Shown piece by piece: positions 1-6,013 of a stretch of DNA of 7,045 bases. Source of the DNA: a virus (Duplodnaviria > Heunggongvirae > Uroviricota > Caudoviricetes). A model generated the notes under the pieces. The model worked only from the letters and a program-made list of their open reading frames with translations. It was not told the DNA's origin and did not search any database. The stretch lies in the IMG/VR virus record IMGVR_UViG_2547132277_000003; one strand, given 5' to 3'. A program made the position numbers and the translations under genes. Positions within the stretch are counted from its first letter, which is position 1, and each line of letters starts with the position of its first letter.

Positions 1-852
1 TTCCTGCGTGAAGCGCTGTTCCGGTGTCTGCCTGAACTGGCGAAGTTCTCGCCTGTCAGCAACGTCAGCCATCCACTGCTCCAGTAGCTGGTTAACATGG
101 GCGAAGCTGTCGAACCGGCGGTACCGGATGAAGAAGTTTTCCTTGAGGTATTTCACCATCCGTTCAACCTTACCTTTGGTTCTGGCCCTTCGTGGACGGC
201 AGGCCCGTGGCAGGAAGCCATAGTGATCGGCCAGCAGCAGGAACCCGGAGTTGAACACCACCTTCCCGTTGTTATTTTTCAGCACTGCGGCTTTCTGGTT
301 ATCGACCAGCACGGTTTTCACGCTACCGCCGAAGTAGCGAAAGGCGCGGACCAGTGACTCATAGGTATGTTCAGCATCCTGCTTTGGTGCCGCGAAGACA
401 TGGAAGCGACGTGAGAACCCCAGCGTATTAACCGCGAAGTTAACCCTGCATCGTTGCCCGGCAACCTCAGCCTCAACTTCTCCCCAGTCATGCTGTAGCT
501 GGTAACCGGGCTGAGTTTCGAAGCGAACCGTTTTCTTCGATGGCCGCATCTTACGTTTGGGCTGGATGTAGTAGCGCAACATGGAACGGCCACCGGTATA
601 ACCCATCGCTTTGATTTCCGCCAGGATGACCTCGCCGTTCCAGACGTTCTCAGCCAGACGCATATCTATATAGTCCATGAACGGCTTGAGTTTGGCCATT
701 TTGTGGCGTGTTTTTCTGGCCGGAGGTTCCGGGTATTTCAGGTACCGTCTGACGGTCCGTTCAGAGCAACCAACCTGAGTGGCAATATCAACAATATACG
801 CACCTTGCTGGCGCATTTGCTTTATCATGTAAAAATCCTCTCTGCTCAGCAT
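1..852 (-). CDS. istA: IS21-family transposase IstA, N-terminal ~284 aa (C-terminus beyond window)
   Basis: Manual minus-strand translation from ATG (complement of 850-852) gives MLSREDFYMIKQMRQQGAYIVDIATQVGCSERTVRRYLKY..., an N-terminal HTH. Further in are ...GYQLQHDWGEVEAEV... (first Asp of the DDE core) and ...RPRRARTKGKVERMVKYLKENFF..., all typical of IstA. The frame stays open to position 1 (last residues read ...VADRRELRQFRQTPEQRFTQE). It is absent from the ORF track only because no stop lies in the window. Confidence 0.85.
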   Translation of the reverse strand, partial: MLSREDFYMIKQMRQQGAYIVDIATQVGCSERTVRRYLKYPEPPARKTRHKMAKLKPFMDYIDMRLAENVWNGEVILAEIKAMGYTGGRSMLRYYIQPKRKMRPSKKTVRFETQPGYQLQHDWGEVEAEVAGQRCRVNFAVNTLGFSRRFHVFAAPKQDAEHTYESLVRAFRYFGGSVKTVLVDNQKAAVLKNNNGKVVFNSGFLLLADHYGFLPRACRPRRARTKGKVERMVKYLKENFFIRYRRFDSFAHVNQLLEQWMADVADRRELRQFRQTPEQRFTQE

Positions 853-953
853 GAGTGTTCCCTTTGTGGTGTAGGAACCTTAAGGAAACAACATGTTGGG
901 TGGAGCGGACAATCCAAATGGTGAATTACTGTCTTATATCATTGGCGCTGACA
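1..953 (-). mobile_element. IS21-family insertion sequence, left end plus 5' part of istA (partial; continues beyond window start)
   Basis: Contains the istA 5' region. On the minus strand a TG-initiated putative terminus TGTCAGCGCC (plus 944-953) lies 101 bp upstream of the istA start, and a related copy TGTCCGCTCC (plus 903-912) sits 41 bp inside it, matching the multiple-terminal-repeat layout of IS21-family ends. Boundary placement is inferred, not verified. Confidence 0.55.
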
Positions 954-1251
954 AAAGGACGGTACCAGCCGGAAGCAAGGGTACAAACTGGTACCGCCAG
1001 GACTACACACAGCATAAAGTTGTGGTGCCGGGTGCCTCCCGGTGCCTGGCGAAGGTTGCACACCAGACGGGTGGGTATCCACAGAAGGTCGACTGTCAGC
1101 CTCAACCTTAACCCGCGTGCGCTGAGCCGCATTCACCACAACGCTAAGGATTCTCTTTGGTTGAAAATACTTAGCTGTTATGTGCCTGTCTTTTCACCAC
1201 TTCAGGCTCGGTGGTATCCTTTTAAGCCCGTATACATAAAAGGAAAATCAA

Positions 1252-1497
1252 ATGACTTTTGATGAAAAAGAACTTGATAATGCAATTAATAAAATCATCG
1301 TAACGTCGCTCTTTTCCTGTCTCAGCGACACTCAGCAGAAACAGTTCTACGAATCGGCTTTCAACATGATCGAGCGTTGTTGTTTCTGCGATGCCGACGA
1401 GTTACCTGAAAAAATCAGGAAACAGTTGGCTGATGCTCTTCGAGTGCGACTTTCTGACCAATTTTCTGAAATGTGCTCTCCGAATTTGGACAAATAG
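1252..1497 (+). CDS. hypothetical small protein (81 aa), AT-rich accessory-type gene
   Basis: ATG at 1252 preceded by AGGA (1241-1244) at 7 nt spacing. Codon usage is plausible and an AT-rich 8 bp hairpin (1507-1514 / 1525-1532) lies just after the TAG stop. No recognisable family. Its 3' end overlaps a convergent minus-strand ORF, so only one of the two may be real. Confidence 0.4.
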   Translation: MTFDEKELDNAINKIIVTSLFSCLSDTQQKQFYESAFNMIERCCFCDADELPEKIRKQLADALRVRLSDQFSEMCSPNLDK

Positions 1498-1690
1498 AAA
1501 AAGGCCATTTCCATTCAGGGTCTGATGGAAATACTTCAGCCTGTTCCAAAGCACGGCGTAAAGAGAACACAACTCCAGCCATAATCTGATGTTTCCCATT
1601 GGTCCAGCTATCGCCGCTCTGATCTACAGGGGCGGCTATGTCGTATGACCAAACGACTTCACAGTTATTGTTTAAAATCTGGACTTTCAT
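1415..1690 (-). CDS. hypothetical small protein (92 aa) in the PL-proximal position downstream of the repressor
   Basis: Start taken at the internal ATG (complement of 1688-1690) because it is preceded by GCAGGTG at 6 nt spacing; the ORF-track start at 1711 has no Shine-Dalgarno. It lies about 200 bp downstream (minus strand) of the OL-like operator pair. It is not Arg-rich, so not an obvious N-like antiterminator. It overlaps the 3' end of the plus-strand ORF 1252-1497 by 83 bp. Confidence 0.3.
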   Translation of the reverse strand: MKVQILNNNCEVVWSYDIAAPVDQSGDSWTNGKHQIMAGVVFSLRRALEQAEVFPSDPEWKWPFSICPNSESTFQKIGQKVALEEHQPTVS

Positions 1691-1897
1691 TTCATACACC
1701 TGCTTTAACATGAGTGCCTAGTGGCACAACATGACTCAACGAATCATCCTGGACTTCATATGCCCCAGGCGGCTACTTCGTGGGCGTCCTGCCTGTTCGT
1801 TTTTGACATTTACTGACTGCTTACGACACATGCACCGTGTTGCAACCAGATTTTGTTGTAATCCTGTAGTTGGTCTGGAACAAAAGATAAAATTAAA

Positions 1898-1934
1898 TTG
1901 CGAGACATGCAAATGATATTTGCGAGATATGCAA
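1898..1934. promoter_or_regulatory. OL-like operator pair: two 15-bp dyads TTGCGAGACATGCAA (1898-1912) and TTGCGAGATATGCAA (1920-1934)
   Basis: Near-identical direct repeats, each with inverted half-sites TTGCG / TGCAA, sharing the motif found in the repressor-cro intergenic region. A weak candidate leftward promoter overlaps them (minus-strand -35 TTGCAT at plus 1906-1911, -10 TATCTT at plus 1883-1888). Confidence 0.5.
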
Positions 1935-1946
1935 ATTTATAGGTAA

Positions 1947-1968
1947 TAAAAAGCCACCTTTCGGTGGC
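1947..1968 (-). terminator. intrinsic terminator downstream of the repressor gene
   Basis: Minus-strand RNA would form GCCACC-GAAA-GGTGGC (plus 1953-1968) followed by UUUUUA (plus 1947-1952), 21 bp after the repressor stop (1989-1991). There is no U-tract on the plus-strand side, so it is unidirectional. Confidence 0.65.
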
Positions 1969-1988
1969 CGATGGATGGGATATTGAGG

Positions 1989-2681
1989 TTAATTATGTCT
2001 CTTAAGGGTTTGCGACTGACTGATTAAGACCTTTCCAAAGACCATGAATCGGTGTTCGTTTTCGCTAGTAATTCCCCATTCACGGTAAATCTGGTTATCA
2101 GAAATCACCAGCAGTTTGTCAGGAATCATTTGAAGTCTTTTAACGTATATTTTGTCATCAAAACCAAAGACATATATACCATCACCATCAAACTGATTGA
2201 TGCTGACATCAACGAAGATGAGATCTCCGGGCTCAATGGTTGGACACATACTGTCCCCACGAACGTTGATAACTTTGATGTGATTGGCTGGTCGTCCGCC
2301 GAACATTGATACAGCATTATCAGTTCTGTATTCGATGGCATGAATCACATCAATGACATCACCGCCCTGGATAAGGCCATTTCCCGCACTGGCACTGATA
2401 TCCAGCATTTCAATACGGAACACATCCTTCACCTGCGCAACATCCTCATTATTACTGTTTTTATATACAGTATTACTTTTGTGGGCAGAGGTAAAGAGAT
2501 CAGCAATATCAACACCTAAGCTCTTGGCAATATTACTCAGTGTTTGTTCGGTAAATTGTTTTTGCTTACCCGTTTCTAAGCGCGAGATGTTCGCCGCATC
2601 TACTCCTATCGCTTCAGCGAGATCGGCGATTTTCATGTTCTTCGCTTGGCGAAGTTGTCTGACTCGGTTTCCTATGTTCAT
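1989..2681 (-). CDS. CI-type prophage repressor (N-terminal XRE-family HTH + C-terminal S24 LexA-like autopeptidase)
   Basis: 230 aa. N-terminus IGNRVRQLRQAKNMKIADLAEAIGVDAANISRLETGKQ is a classic HTH. The C-terminus carries the S24 signature GDSMCPTIEPGDLIFVD (Ser nucleophile) and IYVKRLQ (general-base Lys), with an Ala-Gly candidate cleavage site in DISASAGNG. The start has no Shine-Dalgarno and sits 6 nt after a -10-like hexamer. Confidence 0.9.
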   Translation of the reverse strand: MNIGNRVRQLRQAKNMKIADLAEAIGVDAANISRLETGKQKQFTEQTLSNIAKSLGVDIADLFTSAHKSNTVYKNSNNEDVAQVKDVFRIEMLDISASAGNGLIQGGDVIDVIHAIEYRTDNAVSMFGGRPANHIKVINVRGDSMCPTIEPGDLIFVDVSINQFDGDGIYVFGFDDKIYVKRLQMIPDKLLVISDNQIYREWGITSENEHRFMVFGKVLISQSQTLKRHN

Positions 2682-2778
2682 GCGTTTATTACATTTCTTT
2701 ATTGCGTGATAAGCAAATCAACTTGCGCAAAATAATTGCGTGAAATAACATGCATAACGCGCAATATTTGGAGGGCGT
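2682..2778. promoter_or_regulatory. divergent PRM/PR-like promoter-operator region between repressor and cro-like genes
   Basis: Candidate PR: -35 TTGCGC (2723-2728), 17 bp spacer, -10 TAACAT (2746-2751), then SD GGAGGG (2771-2776) before the cro-like ATG. Candidate PRM on the minus strand: -35 TTGCTT (plus 2711-2716), 17 bp spacer, -10 TGTAAT (plus 2688-2693), then 6 nt to the repressor ATG. Operator-like dyads: TTGCGTGATAAGCAA (2702-2716), the palindromic TTGCGCAA / CGCAA-N5-TTGCG cluster (2723-2740), and ATGCATAACGCGCAA (2749-2763). Confidence 0.6.
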
Positions 2779-3039
2779 ATGCAATCACCATTACGAAATG
2801 TGCGTAAGGCGCATGGTTTCACTTTGCAGCATGTTGCTGCGGGTGTTCAAGTCAATCCAGCGACGTTGAGTCGTATTGAGAGGCTGGAGCAGATTCCATC
2901 TATCGAGCTTGCAGAACGTTTAGCCAATTTTTTTAAGGGTGAAGTCAGCGAAATGCAGATTCTTTATCCGGCACGTTTTCAATCTAGCCAAAACCAGAAT
3001 GGGTTTAAACCACAGGAACAGGAGGTGAACCGTGGGTAA
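2779..3039 (+). CDS. Cro-like HTH transcriptional regulator (XRE family)
   Basis: 86 aa, divergent from the repressor, strong SD GGAGGG 3 nt... upstream of the ATG at 2779 (2771-2776). HTH segment GFTLQHVAAGVQVNPATLSRIERLEQ. Its 3' end overlaps the next gene by 8 bp. Confidence 0.8.
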   Translation: MQSPLRNVRKAHGFTLQHVAAGVQVNPATLSRIERLEQIPSIELAERLANFFKGEVSEMQILYPARFQSSQNQNGFKPQEQEVNRG

Positions 3040-3583
3040 GCATCACTGGAAAGTAGAAAAACAGCCTGAGTGGTACGTGAAAGCTGTCAGAAAAACTATC
3101 GCAGCGTTGCCGGGGGGGTACGCTGAAGCTGCTGACTGGCTGGATGTAACAGAGAACGCATTATTTAACCGCCTTCGTGCCGATGGCGATCAGATTTTCC
3201 CGCTGGGATGGGCAATGATTTTGCAACGTGCTGGTGGAACTCACTTCATTGCTGACGCTGTGGCGCAGTCTGCAAATGGCGTCTTTGTGTCTCTTCCTGA
3301 TGTCGAGGATGTGGACAACGCCGATATCAACCAACGCCTGCTGGAGGTCATTGAACAGATCGGCAGTTATTCAAAACAGATTCGTTCAGCAATCGAAGAC
3401 GGTGTAGTGGAACCGCATGAGAAAACTGCAATTAACGACGAGCTATATCTCTCAATTTCGAAGCTGCAGGAGCATGCAGCACTGGTCTACAAAATCTTTT
3501 GCATTTCAGAAAGTAATGACGCCCGCGAGTGTGCAGCTCCGGGCGCCGTGGCGTGTCGTGACTGTGGAGAAACTAACGCATGA
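3032..3583 (+). CDS. phage CII-like regulatory protein (CP76-type, ~183 aa)
   Basis: GTG start at 3032 preceded by AGGAGGT (3019-3025). Position immediately after cro and its size fit the enterobacterial prophage CII-like (CP76) family. The family call is from memory of that family and is not verified; the C-terminus has a Cys cluster [13 protein letters not shown]. Confidence 0.65.
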   Translation: MGKHHWKVEKQPEWYVKAVRKTIAALPGGYAEAADWLDVTENALFNRLRADGDQIFPLGWAMILQRAGGTHFIADAVAQSANGVFVSLPDVEDVDNADINQRLLEVIEQIGSYSKQIRSAIEDGVVEPHEKTAINDELYLSISKLQEHAALVYKIFCISESNDARECAAPGAVACRDCGETNA

Positions 3584-3918
3584 ACAGTTTAACAACACAC
3601 TACCGTCGCTCGCAACTGATTGCGCTTCCTGTACCGGGTGGAAAAGCGAAGGTGGAGTATTGCTATGCAGTAAATGTACCAGGTGACAGGGAAATTGTAA
3701 CCCACAGCTTTGCAGAGTGGGCTGTGGGTGATTTCAACCGGCAGAAGGAGACAGTCCTTTGCGACAAGTTAACCGCTGGTTCAAAGATCACTACGGAGTG
3801 CCCGTCAGAGTCATTCGTTGGGAACCGGAAACACAACGGGTTATCTACCTCCGCGAAGGCTATGAGCATGAGTGCTTCAGTCCGCTCGAACAGTTTCGTC
3901 GTAAATTCAGGGAAATAG
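3580..3918 (+). CDS. hypothetical protein (112 aa); frame is uncertain in its 3' half
   Basis: ATG at 3580 overlaps the CII-like stop (ATGA) and has GGAG 9-10 nt upstream. The N-terminal ~57 codons look protein-like, but the 3' half ([48 protein letters not shown]) is Ser/Thr-rich and reads like an out-of-frame translation. Confidence 0.3.
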   Translation: MNSLTTHYRRSQLIALPVPGGKAKVEYCYAVNVPGDREIVTHSFAEWAVGDFNRQKETVLCDKLTAGSKITTECPSESFVGNRKHNGLSTSAKAMSMSASVRSNSFVVNSGK

Positions 3919-3938
3919 AGGTCGGTCATGAGCACTAA
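3759..3938 (+). CDS. hypothetical small protein (59 aa, TTG start), alternative frame to the 3' half of 3580-3918
   Basis: Manual translation in the third frame: (M)[58 protein letters not shown]. Balanced, aromatic- and charge-rich composition. A perfect SD AAGGAG (3745-3750) lies 8 nt before TTG at 3759. Missed by the ORF track, probably because of its short length. Confidence 0.35.
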   Translation: MRQVNRWFKDHYGVPVRVIRWEPETQRVIYLREGYEHECFSPLEQFRRKFREIEVGHEH

Positions 3939-4869
3939 ATTAACCGGCTATGTATGGGATGGTTGCGCAGCGTCAGGCATGAAATTATCCAGCGTGGCAA
4001 TTATGGCCCGCCTGGCTGATTTCAGTAATGACGAAGGTGTGTGCTGGCCATCAATTGAAACCATTGCCCGTCAGATTGGCGCGGGGATGAGTACCGTCAG
4101 AACGGCTATCGCACGGCTGGAAGCAGAAGGCTGGTTAACGCGTAAGGCGCGTCGCCAGGGTAACCGCAATGCGTCGAATGTTTATCAGCTTAACGTTGCG
4201 AAGCTTCAGGCAGCGGCATTTTCTCAACTGTCAGATTCTGACCCGTCAAAATCTGACGCATCAAAATCTGACCCGTCAAAATTTGATGCGTCGAAATCTG
4301 GCAAAAAAGCGGGTTTTCACCCGTCAGAATCTGGCGGGGATCCGTCAGTAAAATCAAAACATGATCCGTCAGATAAAAAAACTTCTCGTCCGGACGCTTC
4401 GCAACCGGACACGCAGACGGCTGAACAGGAGTTTTTAACTCGCCATCCTGATGCGGTTGTATTCAGCCCTAAAAAGCGCCAGTGGGGAACGCAGGATGAT
4501 TTGACCTGCGCACAGTGGCTCTGGAAAAAAATCATCGCCCTGTACGAGCAGGCCGCCGAATGTGACGGCGAGGTGGTTCGTCCCAAAGAACCGAACTGGA
4601 CAGCCTGGGCAAACGAAATTCGCCTGATGTGTGTGCAGGATGGTCGTACTCATAAACAAATCTGCGAGATGTACAGCCGCGTCAGTCGCGATCCGTTCTG
4701 GTGCCGTAACGTGCTCAGCCCGTCGAAGCTGCGGGAAAAATGGGATGAGCTTTCCCTGCGCTTATCGCCGTCCGTCAGCACGTACACCGAAAAACGCGAA
4801 GACCCGTACTTCAAAGCCAGTTACGACAACGTGGACTACAGCCAGATCCCGGCAGGATTCAGGGGGTGA
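3928..4869 (+). CDS. phage replication initiation protein, O-like (N-terminal winged-HTH domain, iteron-encoded linker, C-terminal domain)
   Basis: 313 aa, SD GAGGT (3918-3922) 5 nt before the ATG. N-terminus VWDGCAASGMKLSSVAIMARLADFSNDEGVCWPSIETIARQIGAGMSTVRTAIARLEAEGWL resembles the HTH of prophage replication initiators. The central low-complexity linker (SDSDPSKSDASKSDPSKFDASKS...) is encoded by tandem DNA repeats, as in lambda O where the origin lies inside the gene. Confidence 0.8.
   Translation: MSTKLTGYVWDGCAASGMKLSSVAIMARLADFSNDEGVCWPSIETIARQIGAGMSTVRTAIARLEAEGWLTRKARRQGNRNASNVYQLNVAKLQAAAFSQLSDSDPSKSDASKSDPSKFDASKSGKKAGFHPSESGGDPSVKSKHDPSDKKTSRPDASQPDTQTAEQEFLTRHPDAVVFSPKKRQWGTQDDLTCAQWLWKKIIALYEQAAECDGEVVRPKEPNWTAWANEIRLMCVQDGRTHKQICEMYSRVSRDPFWCRNVLSPSKLREKWDELSLRLSPSVSTYTEKREDPYFKASYDNVDYSQIPAGFRG
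4228..4380. repeat. iteron-like tandem repeats (putative phage replication origin) inside the O-like gene
   Basis: Five contiguous 15-bp units at 4228-4302 (cTGTCAGATTCTGAC, CCGTCAAAATCTGAC, GCATCAAAATCTGAC, CCGTCAAAATTTGAT, GCGTCGAAATCTGGC), then further CCGTCAG-initiated copies at 4321, 4342 and 4366. Each unit has internal dyad symmetry (GTCAGA / TCTGAC). A moderately A-rich stretch (4343-4381) follows. Confidence 0.6.
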
Positions 4870-4871
4870 GC

Positions 4872-5360
4872 ATGAGTCTTTTGAATGACGTTCAGAAATT
4901 CATTGAAGCCCATCCGGGCTGTACTTCCGGAGATATTGCGGATGCTTTTGCCGGTTACTCACGGCAGCGCGTTCTGCAGTCAGCAAGCAAGTTACGTCAG
5001 AGTGGGCGTGTGGCTCACCGTTGTGAAGGAGATACACGCAGACATTTCCCGCGCCTGACTGAGAGAGCGCAGGAACCGGAACCACAACCAGTTCGTGAAA
5101 CCAGACCTGTGCGCAATTTCTATGTCGGCACTAACGATCCCCGTGTGATTTTGTGCCTGACCCGCCAGGCGGAAGAACTGGAGTCCAGGGGCTTATACCG
5201 TCGTGCTGCAACCGTGTGGATGGCGGCATTCCGTGAAAGCCACTCCCAGCCAGAACGAAACAATTTTCTGACGCGTCGTGAGCGGTGCTTACGGAAAAGC
5301 AGCAAGCGCGCTGCATCGGGTGAAGAGTGGTATCTGTCAGGGAATTACGTGGGGGCTTAA
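4872..5360 (+). CDS. PerC-family (Pch-like) transcriptional regulator with an N-terminal winged-helix-like extension
   Basis: ATG at 4872 preceded by AGGGGG (4861-4866); an alternative GTG at 4866 overlaps the upstream stop. The C-terminal half contains ...AEELESRGLYRRAATVWMAAF...RRERCLRK..., matching the signature I associate with PerC/Pch activators. Family call is from memory and not verified. Confidence 0.55.
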   Translation: MSLLNDVQKFIEAHPGCTSGDIADAFAGYSRQRVLQSASKLRQSGRVAHRCEGDTRRHFPRLTERAQEPEPQPVRETRPVRNFYVGTNDPRVILCLTRQAEELESRGLYRRAATVWMAAFRESHSQPERNNFLTRRERCLRKSSKRAASGEEWYLSGNYVGA

Positions 5361-6013
5361 TGAGTAATAAATATTGCCAGGCGCTGGTGGAACTGCGGAA
5401 CAAACCAGCCCATGAACTGAAGGAAGTGGGCGATCAGTGGCGCACGCCGGACAACATTTTCTGGGGAATTAACACCCTGTTTGGCCCGTTTGTTCTGGAT
5501 CTGTTCACTGACGGTGATAACGCCAAATGTGCCGCGTATTACACGGCGGAAGACAACGCGCTGGCGCATGACTGGTCAGAACGTCTTGCGGAGCTTAAAG
5601 GTGCTGCCTTTGGTAATCCCCCATACAGCCGCGCCAGTCAGCATGAGGGGCAATACATCACCGGCATGCGTTACATCATGAAACATGCCAGTGCCATGCG
5701 TGATAAGGGCGGGCGCTATGTTTTCCTGATCAAAGCTGCCACCAGCGAAGTGTGGTGGCCGGAAGATGCAGATCATATTGCTTTTATTCGCGGGCGTATT
5801 GGTTTTGAACTGCCTGTCTGGTTTATCCCGAAAGACGAGAAGCAGGTACCGACAGGAGCTTTTTTCGCTGGTGCTATTGCTGTTTTTGACAAGACCTGGA
5901 AGGGACCGGCAATCAGCTACATCGGGCGCGATGAACTTGAGGCATGTGGTGAGGCGTTTCTGGCGCAGGTTCGCCAGCAGGCGGAAAAACTGGTCAGGGA
6001 GATGGCGGCATGA
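5360..6013 (+). CDS. phage-type DNA N6-adenine methyltransferase (Dam family), orphan with no adjacent restriction gene
   Basis: Catalytic motif IV AAFGNPPYSR is present, with upstream DQWRTPDNIF and VLDLFTDGDNAKCAAYYTAEDNAL typical of phage Dam-type enzymes. Start chosen at ATG 5360 (TAATG overlap with the upstream stop); an in-frame GTG at 5327 is an alternative. Confidence 0.85.
   Translation: MSNKYCQALVELRNKPAHELKEVGDQWRTPDNIFWGINTLFGPFVLDLFTDGDNAKCAAYYTAEDNALAHDWSERLAELKGAAFGNPPYSRASQHEGQYITGMRYIMKHASAMRDKGGRYVFLIKAATSEVWWPEDADHIAFIRGRIGFELPVWFIPKDEKQVPTGAFFAGAIAVFDKTWKGPAISYIGRDELEACGEAFLAQVRQQAEKLVREMAA

Noticed and set aside
8-593. ORF-track ORFs 8..223(+), 97..357(+) and 318..593(-) at the left edge
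   Set aside because: All lie inside, and out of frame with or antisense to, the confidently identified istA reading frame (minus strand, 852 to 1); none has protein-like composition.
855-1262. Plus-strand ORFs 855..1262 (135 aa) and 893..1111, and minus-strand ORFs 926..1132 and 939..1139
   Set aside because: Mutually overlapping in several frames across GC-rich sequence that spans the IS terminus; no start signals and junk-like translations. Treated as non-coding IS end and junction.
1731-1916. Plus-strand ORF 1731..1916 (61 aa, Cys/Arg-rich)
   Set aside because: Lies in the leader and operator region downstream of the repressor, has no Shine-Dalgarno and would run into the operator repeats.
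2052-2709. ORFs 2052..2309(+), 2126..2341(-) and 2353..2709(+) inside the repressor gene
   Set aside because: Antisense or out of frame relative to the repressor ORF, which has unambiguous HTH and S24 signatures.
3690-3760. Programmed -1 ribosomal frameshift linking frame 1 (3580-) to frame 3 (-3938)
   Set aside because: No X-XXY-YYZ slippery heptamer in the only interval where both frames are open (3732-3760); a frameshift mutation or two separate genes are more parsimonious. The ambiguity itself is kept as a finding.
3663-3935. Minus-strand ORF 3663..3935 (90 aa), antisense to the region between the CII-like and O-like genes
   Set aside because: No Shine-Dalgarno, and its start overlaps the CATG at the O-like start. 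It is most likely the antisense shadow of the plus-strand frame-3 coding region. An oop-like antisense RNA here remains possible but is unsupported by any clear promoter or terminator.
4169-4888. ORFs 4169..4351(+), 4317..4586(-), 4435..4659(-) and 4631..4888(+) within the O-like gene
   Set aside because: Out of frame or antisense within a well-supported 313-aa ORF; 4169..4351 is merely the repeat-encoded shadow of the iteron array.
4900-5403. Minus-strand ORFs 4900..5085, 5120..5305 and 5131..5403 inside the PerC-like gene
   Set aside because: Antisense to a plus-strand ORF with start signals and a recognisable motif; translations are low-complexity.
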